From: an uncultured Chloroflexia bacterium
GTDB taxonomy: Bacteria; Chloroflexota; Anaerolineae; B4-G1; SLSP01
Assembly (NCBI GenBank): GCA_963700595.1
Contig: CAVOYE010000011.1
Location: 218,336 to 282,335, forward strand
Direction: 5' to 3'
DNA: 64,000 nt
Of the stretch, positions 1-9,049 are shown piece by piece. The translations under genes were made by a program, and so were the position numbers. The stretch's first letter is position 1. Every line of letters starts with the position of its first letter. The notes under the pieces are model-generated. The model did no database searches. It saw nothing but the letters and a program-made list of their open reading frames with translations, and was not told where the DNA came from.

Positions 1-695
1 AGTCCGCCGGTTAAGATCAGGCTGGCGAGCATCCCCAGCAGAGCACTGTGTCCCATAGGATTCCATCCCTGAATTAAATACAATGTCGCGGTTAAGAGCA
101 ATCCGGCGCCGACCATCGACACCAACACCGGATCGCGTAAAGCTAATATCTGGGGTACAATGAAACCCGCGATGACGAATCCGCTCAGAACCAGCCCGAT
201 GAGTGCCCGTAAACCTTGCCAGCGCCCGACGATCAGTGTAATAAGCACAAATAGGCTGGTAATGGTCACTATCGGCGCCAGTCGCACATGGTCGGCGACG
301 AGAAAGTGAATTTCATCATTGAGATCATGGGATGTCATGATGATGGCTTGGGATCCTGGTCTGAAGCGAACAGTGTTCACGTTGGGACCCAGTCCGTTAT
401 ACTCAACCTCAATGACAGCGTTTTTGTATTCGCCGGGTGTCAGGATTTCAACTTCGAGCTTCTGAAATACGAGGATGAGTCCACCTGGATCGGTGGACAC
501 GCGCTCTTCTAAGATGTCTGTCACCTTTGCGCGCAGGGTAGATTCCTGTACGGCGAGTTGCTGACTGTTGAGTAATGGTGGGCGGGTGATGTGCAGGGCG
601 AGGGTTACAGCTACCAATAAGACAATCACCAGAATTGCGACACTATCCAAAAGATAGTGGAGGGTTTTTGTTTTTATAGCCTGTTGTTTATTCAT
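1..695 (-). CDS. YibE/F family membrane protein (runs off window edge)
   Basis: Manual minus-strand translation from ATG at 695: MNKQQAIKTKTLHYLLDSVAIL...ADHVRLAPIVTITSLFVLITLIVGRWQGLRALIGLVLSGFVIAGFIVPQILALRDPVLV...LYLIQGWNPMGHSALLGML; open to position 1, so absent from the ORF track. Confidence 0.75.
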   Translation of the reverse strand, partial: MNKQQAIKTKTLHYLLDSVAILVIVLLVAVTLALHITRPPLLNSQQLAVQESTLRAKVTDILEERVSTDPGGLILVFQKLEVEILTPGEYKNAVIEVEYNGLGPNVNTVRFRPGSQAIIMTSHDLNDEIHFLVADHVRLAPIVTITSLFVLITLIVGRWQGLRALIGLVLSGFVIAGFIVPQILALRDPVLVSMVGAGLLLTATLYLIQGWNPMGHSALLGMLASLILTGG

Positions 696-1010
696 TTTAT
701 GAATTATACAATACAAAACGTGATGTGGGATGCGTTTCAACGTGATAATCGATTGAACTGGCTGGTGCCAATATGTAGCATCCTGAGGGGGTGTCCGTCA
801 CTTTTTTACATTATGCATACCATACCGAGAATGAACACCGCTGACAATCATCTAACAGTCATTTATTCGTTGATTTACCCCCGAATACGCTTTATCATTT
901 GCGGTTATAGCATATAATTGACTCAGTACACATCGTACATATCGTTGTCACCGTTTTGTACGATGTGGCAGATTCTTATTAAGGATACTAAAAAATAACG
1001 GAGGGCAACA

Positions 1011-1232
1011 ATGGATGAGTTAATCAAGCTGGTAGAAGCGAAGACTGGATTGAGCAAAGCGCAATCCAAGAAAGCTGTAGAGGTTGTCCTGGGTTTTTTG
1101 AAGGAGCGGCTTCCTAAAACACTTGCAGGACAGGTGGATGCTGCGCTTAAAAACAAAACGGTGATGAATACGGCGACGGATGCCGCCAAAAAGGGAGTAG
1201 CTTCGTTGGGTAATATTCGAAAAAAGAAATAA
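1011..1232 (+). CDS. Small basic helical protein (HU N-terminal-like / DUF2267-like)
   Basis: RBS GGAGGG; ELIKLVEAKTGLSKAQSKKAVEVVLGFLKERLP resembles the HU dimerisation helices without the beta-arms. Confidence 0.6.
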   Translation: MDELIKLVEAKTGLSKAQSKKAVEVVLGFLKERLPKTLAGQVDAALKNKTVMNTATDAAKKGVASLGNIRKKK

Positions 1233-1246
1233 CTCACGCGATCAGG

Positions 1247-1289
1247 ACAGGAGGATGCGTTTCAATTAAACGCATCCTCCCTGTTTTTT
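1247..1289. terminator. Intrinsic terminator hairpin between convergent genes
   Basis: GGAGGATGCGTTT-caatt-AAACGCATCCTCC followed by ctgTTTTTT. Confidence 0.75.
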
Positions 1290-1782
1290 ATAACCAGACC
1301 CACGCACTCCACAAAATGACCATGAGCAATCCGATACCAAATCGCGCCAGGGCTGTCCAACCCCATCCGAATAACATACTTTTCGTGGCTTCCCATGCCT
1401 TTTGTTGATCATGATGGTGGACATATTCAGCAAGAAACAGGACCAGCAATGTAACCAGGATGCCTACAATCGGCGTCAACGCCAGGCTGAAAACAAACCC
1501 GGCAAGAATTGCCAGAATCAGGGATGACCAGCGTGCCCCTGCCTGATGTGCGCTACCCACAGTGATAATATTGTCTATTATGGTGCCTGTGAATCCCAGG
1601 ACGCTGATGATGCCAAAGAATATAGCAGCGCGGGTATCGAATCCAGTCACCAGACCATACACAAGAGCTAAACCCCATAGGACAGTGGGTCCCGGAAAAA
1701 TCGGAATCAAAGAGCCAATGAGAGCAATAAGCATGCTTAACAGAATGAAGATGGTTATTGAGTTTTCAAGCCAGATCGCCAT
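1288..1782 (-). CDS. DUF456 family membrane protein
   Basis: GSLIPIFPGPTVLW...GARWSS...FLAEY pattern, multiple TM helices. Confidence 0.75.
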   Translation of the reverse strand: MAIWLENSITIFILLSMLIALIGSLIPIFPGPTVLWGLALVYGLVTGFDTRAAIFFGIISVLGFTGTIIDNIITVGSAHQAGARWSSLILAILAGFVFSLALTPIVGILVTLLVLFLAEYVHHHDQQKAWEATKSMLFGWGWTALARFGIGLLMVILWSAWVWL

Positions 1783-1788
1783 TGGGAC

Positions 1789-2019
1789 TTAGCCTCCTGC
1801 GATGAGATGGATAATTCTGACATCAGCATGCTCCGGGACATGTGTTGCTTCATAAGTATCATGGTGCACAAGCACACCATTAATTGTGATGATGATATGC
1901 GGAAAAGAGTATTTCATTGACCGTAAGACATCCCCGACTGTGAGTTGGTCGTGCCAGGGTAGCTGTGTTTGTTTATTGACTGTTATTTGTTTGTTATCCA
2001 TGTGTATTTTTTTCTTCAT
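1789..2019 (-). CDS. ThiS/MoaD family sulfur carrier protein
   Basis: ~70 aa beta-grasp size, C-terminal IIHLIAGG diglycine. Confidence 0.85.
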   Translation of the reverse strand: MKKKIHMDNKQITVNKQTQLPWHDQLTVGDVLRSMKYSFPHIIITINGVLVHHDTYEATHVPEHADVRIIHLIAGG

Positions 2020-2088
2020 GAAGATTGCAGCTTATTATAAAGCAATAAAACAGTTCAGAAAGTGCTGCCGGTTTCTGCGATGATGGTT

Positions 2089-2283
2089 TTAAAGATACCG
2101 TTTCGCCACAGCAATCACATCTGGATAGTCAATCCCTAAAGCCTGCAGTTTCCGGAGGGTCGGTATACCGTTTTCTGTCCAACCTCGCCGCTTGTAAACC
2201 GCATCCATGAGCAAATCGTATTGTGTTGTGGCGCATGGATTGGGTAGGGTGTAATGGAATGCGCCTTGAACATCGAAATCCAT
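2089..2283 (-). pseudogene. C-terminal fragment of aldehyde:ferredoxin oxidoreductase
   Basis: YDLLMDAVYKRRGWTENGIPTLRKLQALGI matches the AOR C-terminal YYxxRGWxxxGxPTxxKLxxLG motif; no room upstream for the remaining ~550 aa. Confidence 0.6.
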
Positions 2284-2431
2284 CTATTTATGACCGCTCC
2301 TTACCAGCGATGATGCGCCGAACCTGAACCTTATAAGTATCACGATAAGACACCAGCCTTTCGGAGTTTTGCCAATAGTATGCGCTCCGAGTCAAGTCCC
2401 TATGTTGCTGATCTTTCTTAATGTATTATAG

Positions 2432-3934
2432 TTGGGGTGGGAGTGTGAGCCAATGCCTGAAGATCCTCATTTCGAACGTCAAGTCACCCAACCTAATGCC
2501 AGGATACTGCGCGGGATCGTACTTTTTGTCGCGTTTGTGATCCGGGCTGTTTCACTGGATTTTCAGGGTTTGTGGCGCGATGAAGTAGACCAATGGCGAT
2601 TTGCATTGTCACCGTTAAAAGAAATGTTCAGTCGCTTTACAGAGTCGGGCTGGAATGGACCCTTGTTCTCGCCTTTACTGCGGATATGGATTCTGGGGGT
2701 GGGAGAATCTGTTTATGCGATGCGCTATCTGTCACTGCTCTGCGGTGTTATCACTGTTTCTCTCATCTACATTCTGAGTCAAAGGCTTTTTAATACAAAA
2801 GTGGCTTTCTGGTCTGCATGCCTTTGCGCTCTGTCCCCCTACCTGGTATGGTATGCACAGGAAATAAAAATGTATACGTGGGTGCCGATGCTGATCGTTC
2901 TGGCGCTTTACGGATTAGAACGCGCTTGCGTCAAACCCTCGTGGATGTGGTGGTCAGTAACCTTGATAGCGACGTGCCTGGCTTTTTACAGCCATATCCT
3001 GGCGGCACTGGTTGTACCGGTATTGATTCTGTGGTTTATGCTTAGCCCATATCGCAATAAGAAGGCGTGGGTAGGGGGTGCGGCGGTCCTTACTCTTCTC
3101 ACTTTACCCTATATACCGCTTCTTGTATGGCAGCTGCCAATATTCATGACTGCCCGGGATACAGGATATCCTGCGTACACCTTCACCGAAATGACGACAG
3201 CGCTGATTACAGGTTGGACAACCGGTATTTATAGTGGTTCCTGGACAGGCGGGATGGCATCGAAGAGTACCATGTTCCTGCTCAGCGCGCTGGCGGTGCT
3301 GGGCATGGTCGGGAAAAATTGGGTGCAAACCGGTAAATTACTGGTTTGGTTATTGTTCCCGTTCACTGTCCTGTGGTTCGTCAGTCTCAGAAGCCCGATG
3401 TTTACGGATCGCTATTTAATCTGGTCAGCTCCCGCCTTTTACCTGTTTATTGCGGTTGGCATAACAAAACTAGCCAGCATCGACCGCAAATGGATGTGGG
3501 GACTGGGCTTTATTGTCCTTTTGTCCCTGTGCCCGCCACTGCTCAGCCAGTCGCGCTATCCAATCAAGCCCCAGTTCAATAGAGCGGTAGAATTTCTGAT
3601 GGATCAAAACACTGCGGATGGGCTGATATTATTCCAGATTCCTTACAATGCCCATGTTTTTAACTATTATGCCCGGAATCAAATCTTTCATCAGGCTGAT
3701 GCCCCGTATACAAATTGGAAACTTGCCGATGGCAGCTATCAGATTGGTGAAAACTATGTCCAAAGTGAAATGGTCCGCATTGTACGCGGTTATCAAAGTA
3801 TCTGGCTGGTTTATTCTGAGGTCGCGTTGGGAGATCAGCGCGAACTGGTCAAGACCTGGCTTGATACCAGGTGGCAGTTTGTGGATAAACAGGTGTTTGT
3901 GGGTGTTACGCTGTATCACTATGTCGCACAATAA
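2432..3934 (+). CDS. GT-C fold glycosyltransferase (family 39/ArnT-PMT-like)
   Basis: RAVSLDFQGLWRDE, PLFSPLL, YAQEIKMY, DRYL motifs; ~11 TM helices. Confidence 0.85.
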   Translation: MGWECEPMPEDPHFERQVTQPNARILRGIVLFVAFVIRAVSLDFQGLWRDEVDQWRFALSPLKEMFSRFTESGWNGPLFSPLLRIWILGVGESVYAMRYLSLLCGVITVSLIYILSQRLFNTKVAFWSACLCALSPYLVWYAQEIKMYTWVPMLIVLALYGLERACVKPSWMWWSVTLIATCLAFYSHILAALVVPVLILWFMLSPYRNKKAWVGGAAVLTLLTLPYIPLLVWQLPIFMTARDTGYPAYTFTEMTTALITGWTTGIYSGSWTGGMASKSTMFLLSALAVLGMVGKNWVQTGKLLVWLLFPFTVLWFVSLRSPMFTDRYLIWSAPAFYLFIAVGITKLASIDRKWMWGLGFIVLLSLCPPLLSQSRYPIKPQFNRAVEFLMDQNTADGLILFQIPYNAHVFNYYARNQIFHQADAPYTNWKLADGSYQIGENYVQSEMVRIVRGYQSIWLVYSEVALGDQRELVKTWLDTRWQFVDKQVFVGVTLYHYVAQ

Positions 3935-3993
3935 ACACAAGGATTCTGTGAACTAATATTCATCGAAGCAGAACTATGCATCAGATTGATCCC

Positions 3994-4040
3994 GTAAAAA
4001 GAAAACAACCCCGGAATTGATATGACCGGGGTTGTTTTAC
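3994..4040. terminator. Bidirectional intrinsic terminator
   Basis: AAAACAACCCCGG-loop-CCGGGGTTGTTTT between convergent genes. Confidence 0.75.
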
Positions 4041-4058
4041 TGTGCTAAGTGTTTTTAT

Positions 4059-5080
4059 TTACGGTATACAGAGGACCTGACCAGCATAGATCAAGTTGAT
4101 GTTGTATATGCTGTTCGCGCGGGCAATAGACCAGATTGTCGTGCCGTATTTCCATGCGATGAGCGTCAGTGTTTGTCCGTAAAGAACGGTATGATATGAT
4201 CTGCAACCTGGTGCTGGCGTCGCAGTGGGTGGGGGCGTTGTGCCGCCCGGAGTAAATTGCCTTACAGCTACTGGTCCTGCCGGTATTGGCGACCAGGGTG
4301 CGGTAGGAATTGCCAGCTTGGTTCCGACGTAAATCGCACTCGGATTCACGATGCCATTGCATGAAGCAATCTTGTCGGGTTTGGTTGCGTATGCGCGTCC
4401 AATCGAATACAGCGTTTCACCAGCTCTGACGGTGTGATAGCCCAGTACAGGGGTACATGATGCGGGTGGGGGTGTTGTTGGGCTGGTCGTGGGTGATGTA
4501 GTCGGACTGGTTGTCGGTGAAGTCGTGGGACTCACAGTGGGAGAGGTGGTTGCAGTTGGTGTTGAGCCCACAGTGATGCTGCCGTTGTTTGTCGAAGCGA
4601 CGATTTCAGTCGCGGATGGATCCGATGCCAGTACTTGATTAATGGTTACACTGGATGTGCCGGCAGCTTTACCCTTGAAGGTAATAACAGCTAATTTACC
4701 GTCGCCGTTTTTACCGGGTTCGGTGCCCATCTGGGTGACCGCATAATCTATTTTACCGGTTGCATTATCGGCTGCATTCTGGGCAACAAATTCAACTTTC
4801 AGGAAATCGCCATGCGCCAACCTGGATACCTGCACGTGCCGGCGTCTGCATCGACAACCTCTAAAACAGCAGGATCAAATGACAGATGCAATTCAACTGC
4901 AAATAGATTGGATATGCCAGTGACATCAACGTATATGGTAACCGTCTGTCCCACATCAATGGTGGTCGCTGCTGGCGTAATTTTTACAACCGGGTCAGCG
5001 GCAAATACAGGCTGACCGGTCATACCCACCATCCCGACCAATAAGGTTAGCAAACTCAGAATATGTAGTGTGCGTTTCAT
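4059..5080 (-). CDS. Secreted cohesin + 2x LysM protein (frameshift near 4830)
   Basis: Signal peptide; cohesin-like VGQTVTIYVDV...ELHLSFDPAVLEVVDAD...GKLAVITFKGKAAGTS; PTTS linker; two LysM (YHTVRAGETLYSIG, YHTVLYGQTLTLIA); ORFs 4799-5080 and 4059-4835 join. Confidence 0.8.
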
Positions 5081-5091
5081 TTATCCCTCCC

Positions 5092-6113
5092 TTACCAAAC
5101 CACAGGACCATAGCGTCCAAAGTTCCCGGCAGCAATGGTCAGATCGAAGATATTGATGTTGCCATCGTTATTGATATCGGCTGGTTCAGACGCTGCCCAA
5201 CCGGTGGTCCCATAGCGGCTGATGATTGACACAATATCCAGAATATTGATATTGTTGTCGCCATTGACGTCCCCACCTTTGAGTGTTGTAGAGCCCAGAG
5301 ATACAGTGGCGCCGACAACATAGACGTTGGTTTTCTGGGTTTTCAGGTATCCGTTGTAACTCGCCTGTACCAGATAGGTTCCACCCGCAGGGACAGGAAG
5401 CGTAGAAGTTTCCAGTGGCTAGTTGTTTTTGTAAAGGCGACCACACCACCATTCGTGTTGTAAGCAATAATATCGGTGCTTGCTTCATTCGCGCGATTCC
5501 CTTGCCGGGTGACGGTACCCTCAATGATACCCGGTTCGATGACCGTTATCGCCGGGACGACCATGCTGTTGATCGCTACGTCCTGACCGTTTTGATCCGA
5601 GAGAACGGTATCGGGCGTGATGAGTAAATTAGCAGGTCCAGCGGCAAGTCCTGCCCAGGTAATCTTGACGATTTTTCCATTCCAATTGTAGATTGGGCTG
5701 CCAGTGCGGCTTAAAGCGACATGGACACATGTGCCACTACCAGGGCAAGCCACGACTTCATTTGCGGCTACTACGACAGTACCACCCAGAGCGCCTGAAA
5801 GGACTGTCACTTGAATACCATTGCCTGGATTGTCATCGGCATCATCGACTGCAAGAATCGTGTCATCGAATTGCAGCCAAAGATCGAGTCCCATAATCCC
5901 GGTTTCAGGTGTAGCATTGTTCTCGATTGATAATTTGACATCTGTTGTGAATGCACCACCGATAACGGCGGCACCGGAAGTGACGTCACTGACGACGATG
6001 GACGTATACACATTTGGATCTGCTGCTAACACCAATTGTGGTAATACCCCGATAAGTACGACTAGGGCCAATAACATCTTACCAAGTTTTCGGTTCATCT
6101 CATCCTCCTGCAA
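5092..6113 (-). CDS. Secreted cohesin + beta-sandwich + dockerin-like protein (frameshift near 5400-5420)
   Basis: Signal peptide; cohesin-like LDLWLQFDDTILAVDDAD; manual translation of 5092-5397 in another frame gives ...GDVNGDNNINILDIVSIISRYGTTGWAASEPADINNDGNINIFDLTIAAGNFGRYGPVVW* (two Ca-binding dockerin loops). Confidence 0.8.
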
Positions 6114-6339
6114 TCGGTTAATCTGGAACTGTGAAACAATGTAGGAATATCGCCATGATATTTATCTAATATTATACTATCTTTATTGTATATTGAAGAA
6201 TGAATTTTTGCAATTACAGAGCAATTACAATAACGTAACTAGTTGGTGATGGTCTGCGTGGCACATTTTTCTTGTGTTTTGAGTAATCAAAGGTACAATT
6301 TTGTCATGATTTCGATTATTCTGAGGGTATGGGGGTTTT

Positions 6340-6687
6340 ATGCCAGCAACCTATGGTGAGTTGCTTGAGCAACTGAAAGAAACTGAACAGCAACTCAAAC
6401 TTCAACTTGAAGAGATTCAACGCACTGTCCGTGAGGATGGTGTTGGTTATAGTAACCACATGGCTGATGCCGGCACTGAAGTCTTTGAACAAGCCCGGGA
6501 TGTGGCTGTCGGCAGGCAGCTCAAGCATTCATTTGACGATGTCCGTCGCGCTCTGGATAAGTTTGAAGACGGGACGTACGGTATATGTGAGTCCTGTGGT
6601 GTTATTATTGACCTTCCGCGGTTGGAAGTTTTACCCTCAGCACGATTTTGTTTGCAGTGCCAATCCCGGTATGAATCTGCTCGATGA
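6340..6687 (+). CDS. TraR/DksA family C4 zinc-finger protein
   Basis: NHMADAGT, GTYGICESCG...PSARFCLQC. Confidence 0.9.
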   Translation: MPATYGELLEQLKETEQQLKLQLEEIQRTVREDGVGYSNHMADAGTEVFEQARDVAVGRQLKHSFDDVRRALDKFEDGTYGICESCGVIIDLPRLEVLPSARFCLQCQSRYESAR

Positions 6688-7187
6688 AAGATGTTGTACG
6701 TTCACGGATACTGCTTTACGGTGCCGCAGCTATTGTCATATTCGTAGATCAGATTTCAAAAGCTTGGATTGTTGCCAATTTAACCGAGTATGAGACTATC
6801 CAGATAGCATCCTGGCTGCAGCCCATCCTCTCTATAACACCTATCCGGAATACCGGTGGCGCGTTTGGGATGTTTCCACAATTAAGCAATATTTTTAAAT
6901 ACATACCTATTATTGTGGTTGTTGGTATACTATCTTACCAACGGGCAATACCGGCACAACAGTATTGGATGCACATCGCGCTTGGTTTAGTGTGTGGTGG
7001 TGCGCTTGGGAATGTCATCGACAGGTTTATGCGGGGGTTTGTAGTGGATTATTTTGATGTGACTTTCTGGCCTTTGGATAAATGGCCTCTGTTTAATATT
7101 GCTGATTCTGCCATTGTGGTTGGTGTCGCTGTGATGTTATTGGACACGTTATTGGCGGCGCGTGAAGGTTTGTTGTCTGATGTCTGA
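6684..7187 (+). CDS. lspA: Lipoprotein signal peptidase II
   Basis: DQISK, NTGGAFG, GGALGNVIDR, VVDY, FNIADSAI motifs. Confidence 0.95.
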   Translation: MKDVVRSRILLYGAAAIVIFVDQISKAWIVANLTEYETIQIASWLQPILSITPIRNTGGAFGMFPQLSNIFKYIPIIVVVGILSYQRAIPAQQYWMHIALGLVCGGALGNVIDRFMRGFVVDYFDVTFWPLDKWPLFNIADSAIVVGVAVMLLDTLLAAREGLLSDV

Positions 7188-8098
7188 ATTTCGAATGTTG
7201 ACGGTCAGCACGCCGATGCGTTTGGATTTGTTCCTTGCTGAAGAATGGGGGTATCTAAGAGCGAGCCCAAATACAGCAAATGATTGACGGTGGGCACATC
7301 CTCATCAATGATGTTCTGGCGCGTAAAGTTGCCCAGAAGCTACAGCCGGGAAACCTGGTCAAGGTTGCTCTGCCGGTGCCGGAAAATCCCCACATCGATT
7401 CAGAGCCACTTCTCCATGATGTGTTGTTTGAAAATGACCATGTGATCGTTATTGATAAACCTGCTGGTTTGTCAATAAAATCCATGTCACGGACACAGCA
7501 GATGTCGCTGGCATCGTCGCTGGCGAGTTCGCGACCGGAGATTGCCAATATCGGTGGTGTGGGCCGTGCGGGGATACTCACTACCCTTGAAGAAGCAGCG
7601 TCCGGGCTGGTTTTACTGGCAAAGCATGATCAGGCGTATCGAGAATTGCGCCGTTCCCTCAAACGGCAGCGTATATCGTATACTTTTACGGCTATGGTTG
7701 AAGGGAATTTGCGAGGAAAAGGCGTCATTGAGGAACCCATCGGTAATGCCCGGCACGAACGCGAGAGGCTGCAAGTCTCAAGGGAAGGTCGACCGGCGGT
7801 GACAGCATTCCGTGTGCAAAGGCATTTCAGGGAAAATGACCAGGAATACACCCTGTTGGCTGTTAAACCTGAAACGTCACACAGGCACCAGGTACGTGTC
7901 CATCTCTCGTGGTATGGATTTCCCCTGGTCGGTGATAAAATGTACGGATCGCGCCATCAGAACCTGTTATTCGACCGGTTATTTTTGCATTTAGGTATTA
8001 TAGAGTTCCCTGATCCGCTAACTGGAGAGTTGATGCATGTGGAATCGGCATTACCTCTTGAACTTCAGTCGATCATTACATATTTTTTAAGGTCATAA
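7180..8098 (+). CDS. RluA/RluD-family pseudouridine synthase-like protein with degenerate catalytic motif (frameshift near 7258)
   Basis: ATG 7180 MSEFRMLTVSTPMRLDLFLAEE (S4 start) joins ORF 7280; IDKPAGL, HQVRVHL, GFPLVGDKMYG, LFLH; HRLD replaced by TTLE. Confidence 0.8.
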
Positions 8099-8142
8099 CA
8101 TTCAGGTATTCAATAAGTGCGACATTTTAAAAGGAGTGTACG

Positions 8143-8955
8143 ATGCGAGAGTTAAACATAGCTGTTGTGCAAATGCAGCCGGAATTGACAAAAATGGAAG
8201 CGAATGTGAGTAAAATGGCGGATTATATCGCCAAGGTTGCCACTGAGCAACCTGTTGATATTATCGTTTTCCCTGAGCTTTCAGTTACCGGCTATGAAGG
8301 TGGTCCTCGTTTTGCGCAAATGGCACAGCGTGTACCGGGTGCGGTTACAAATATTCTTGGGCAACATGCAACAGAATTTGGTGTTTATGTTGTCATCGGT
8401 ATGGCTGTTAAAGAGAAAGTAGAGACAGTCTTATATAACAGTGCGGTTTTAATCGGACCCGATGGGGAAGTGGCAGGTGAATATCGCAAAGTCCACCTTC
8501 CAGCAGAGGAGCGGTTAGTCTTTCGTCCGGGATACCGCATTGTACCCATAGAAACTGAAGTAGGGATTCTGGGTATTATGACAGGTTGGGATCTTACTTT
8601 TCCTGAAACAGCCCGCAGCCTGGTCCTGGATGGTGCAGAGGTATTGTTGCTCCCGGCAGCCTGGCAAACCAAAGACGTCGATATGTGGCGAACGCTTTTA
8701 GTTGCACGCGCTTACGAAAATGATGTATTTATCGCAGCGTCGAACCGGATTGGCGAAGAGCCTTCCTATGTCTTTGCTGGTCAAAGTGCGGTCATTGCGC
8801 CTTCCGGGGATGTTCTGGCAGCCCTTGAAGAACCCGAAGAGGGCTATTTTGTCGTCAAACTGGATCTGGATGCAGTTCGCCAGCGCCGTGAGGAAACGCA
8901 GATTATGTTGGCGCGTCAACCTGGTTCTTACAGGCCCATCGTACGCAAATACTAG
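8143..8955 (+). CDS. Carbon-nitrogen hydrolase (nitrilase superfamily) protein
   Basis: VFPEL, YNSAVLI, YRKVHL, ARAYEN; nucleophile position reads TGWD instead of ICWD/ICYD. Confidence 0.85.
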   Translation: MRELNIAVVQMQPELTKMEANVSKMADYIAKVATEQPVDIIVFPELSVTGYEGGPRFAQMAQRVPGAVTNILGQHATEFGVYVVIGMAVKEKVETVLYNSAVLIGPDGEVAGEYRKVHLPAEERLVFRPGYRIVPIETEVGILGIMTGWDLTFPETARSLVLDGAEVLLLPAAWQTKDVDMWRTLLVARAYENDVFIAASNRIGEEPSYVFAGQSAVIAPSGDVLAALEEPEEGYFVVKLDLDAVRQRREETQIMLARQPGSYRPIVRKY

Positions 8956-8971
8956 GTCGCTTTACATTAAT

Positions 8972-9019
8972 TTATAACGGGGTGTCAGGTTGGTTAGCCA
9001 ACCTGACACCCCGTTATAA
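8972..9019. terminator. Long perfect hairpin between convergent genes
   Basis: 22-bp arms TTATAACGGGGTGTCAGGTTGG-ttag-CCAACCTGACACCCCGTTATAA. Confidence 0.75.
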
Positions 9020-9049
9020 CGTATAGCTTTGCGGGAGTCTCTGTTAAAC

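Noticed and set aside
4455-4570. Tandem repeat-like DNA
   Set aside because: Encodes the PTTS linker of the LysM protein; codons vary
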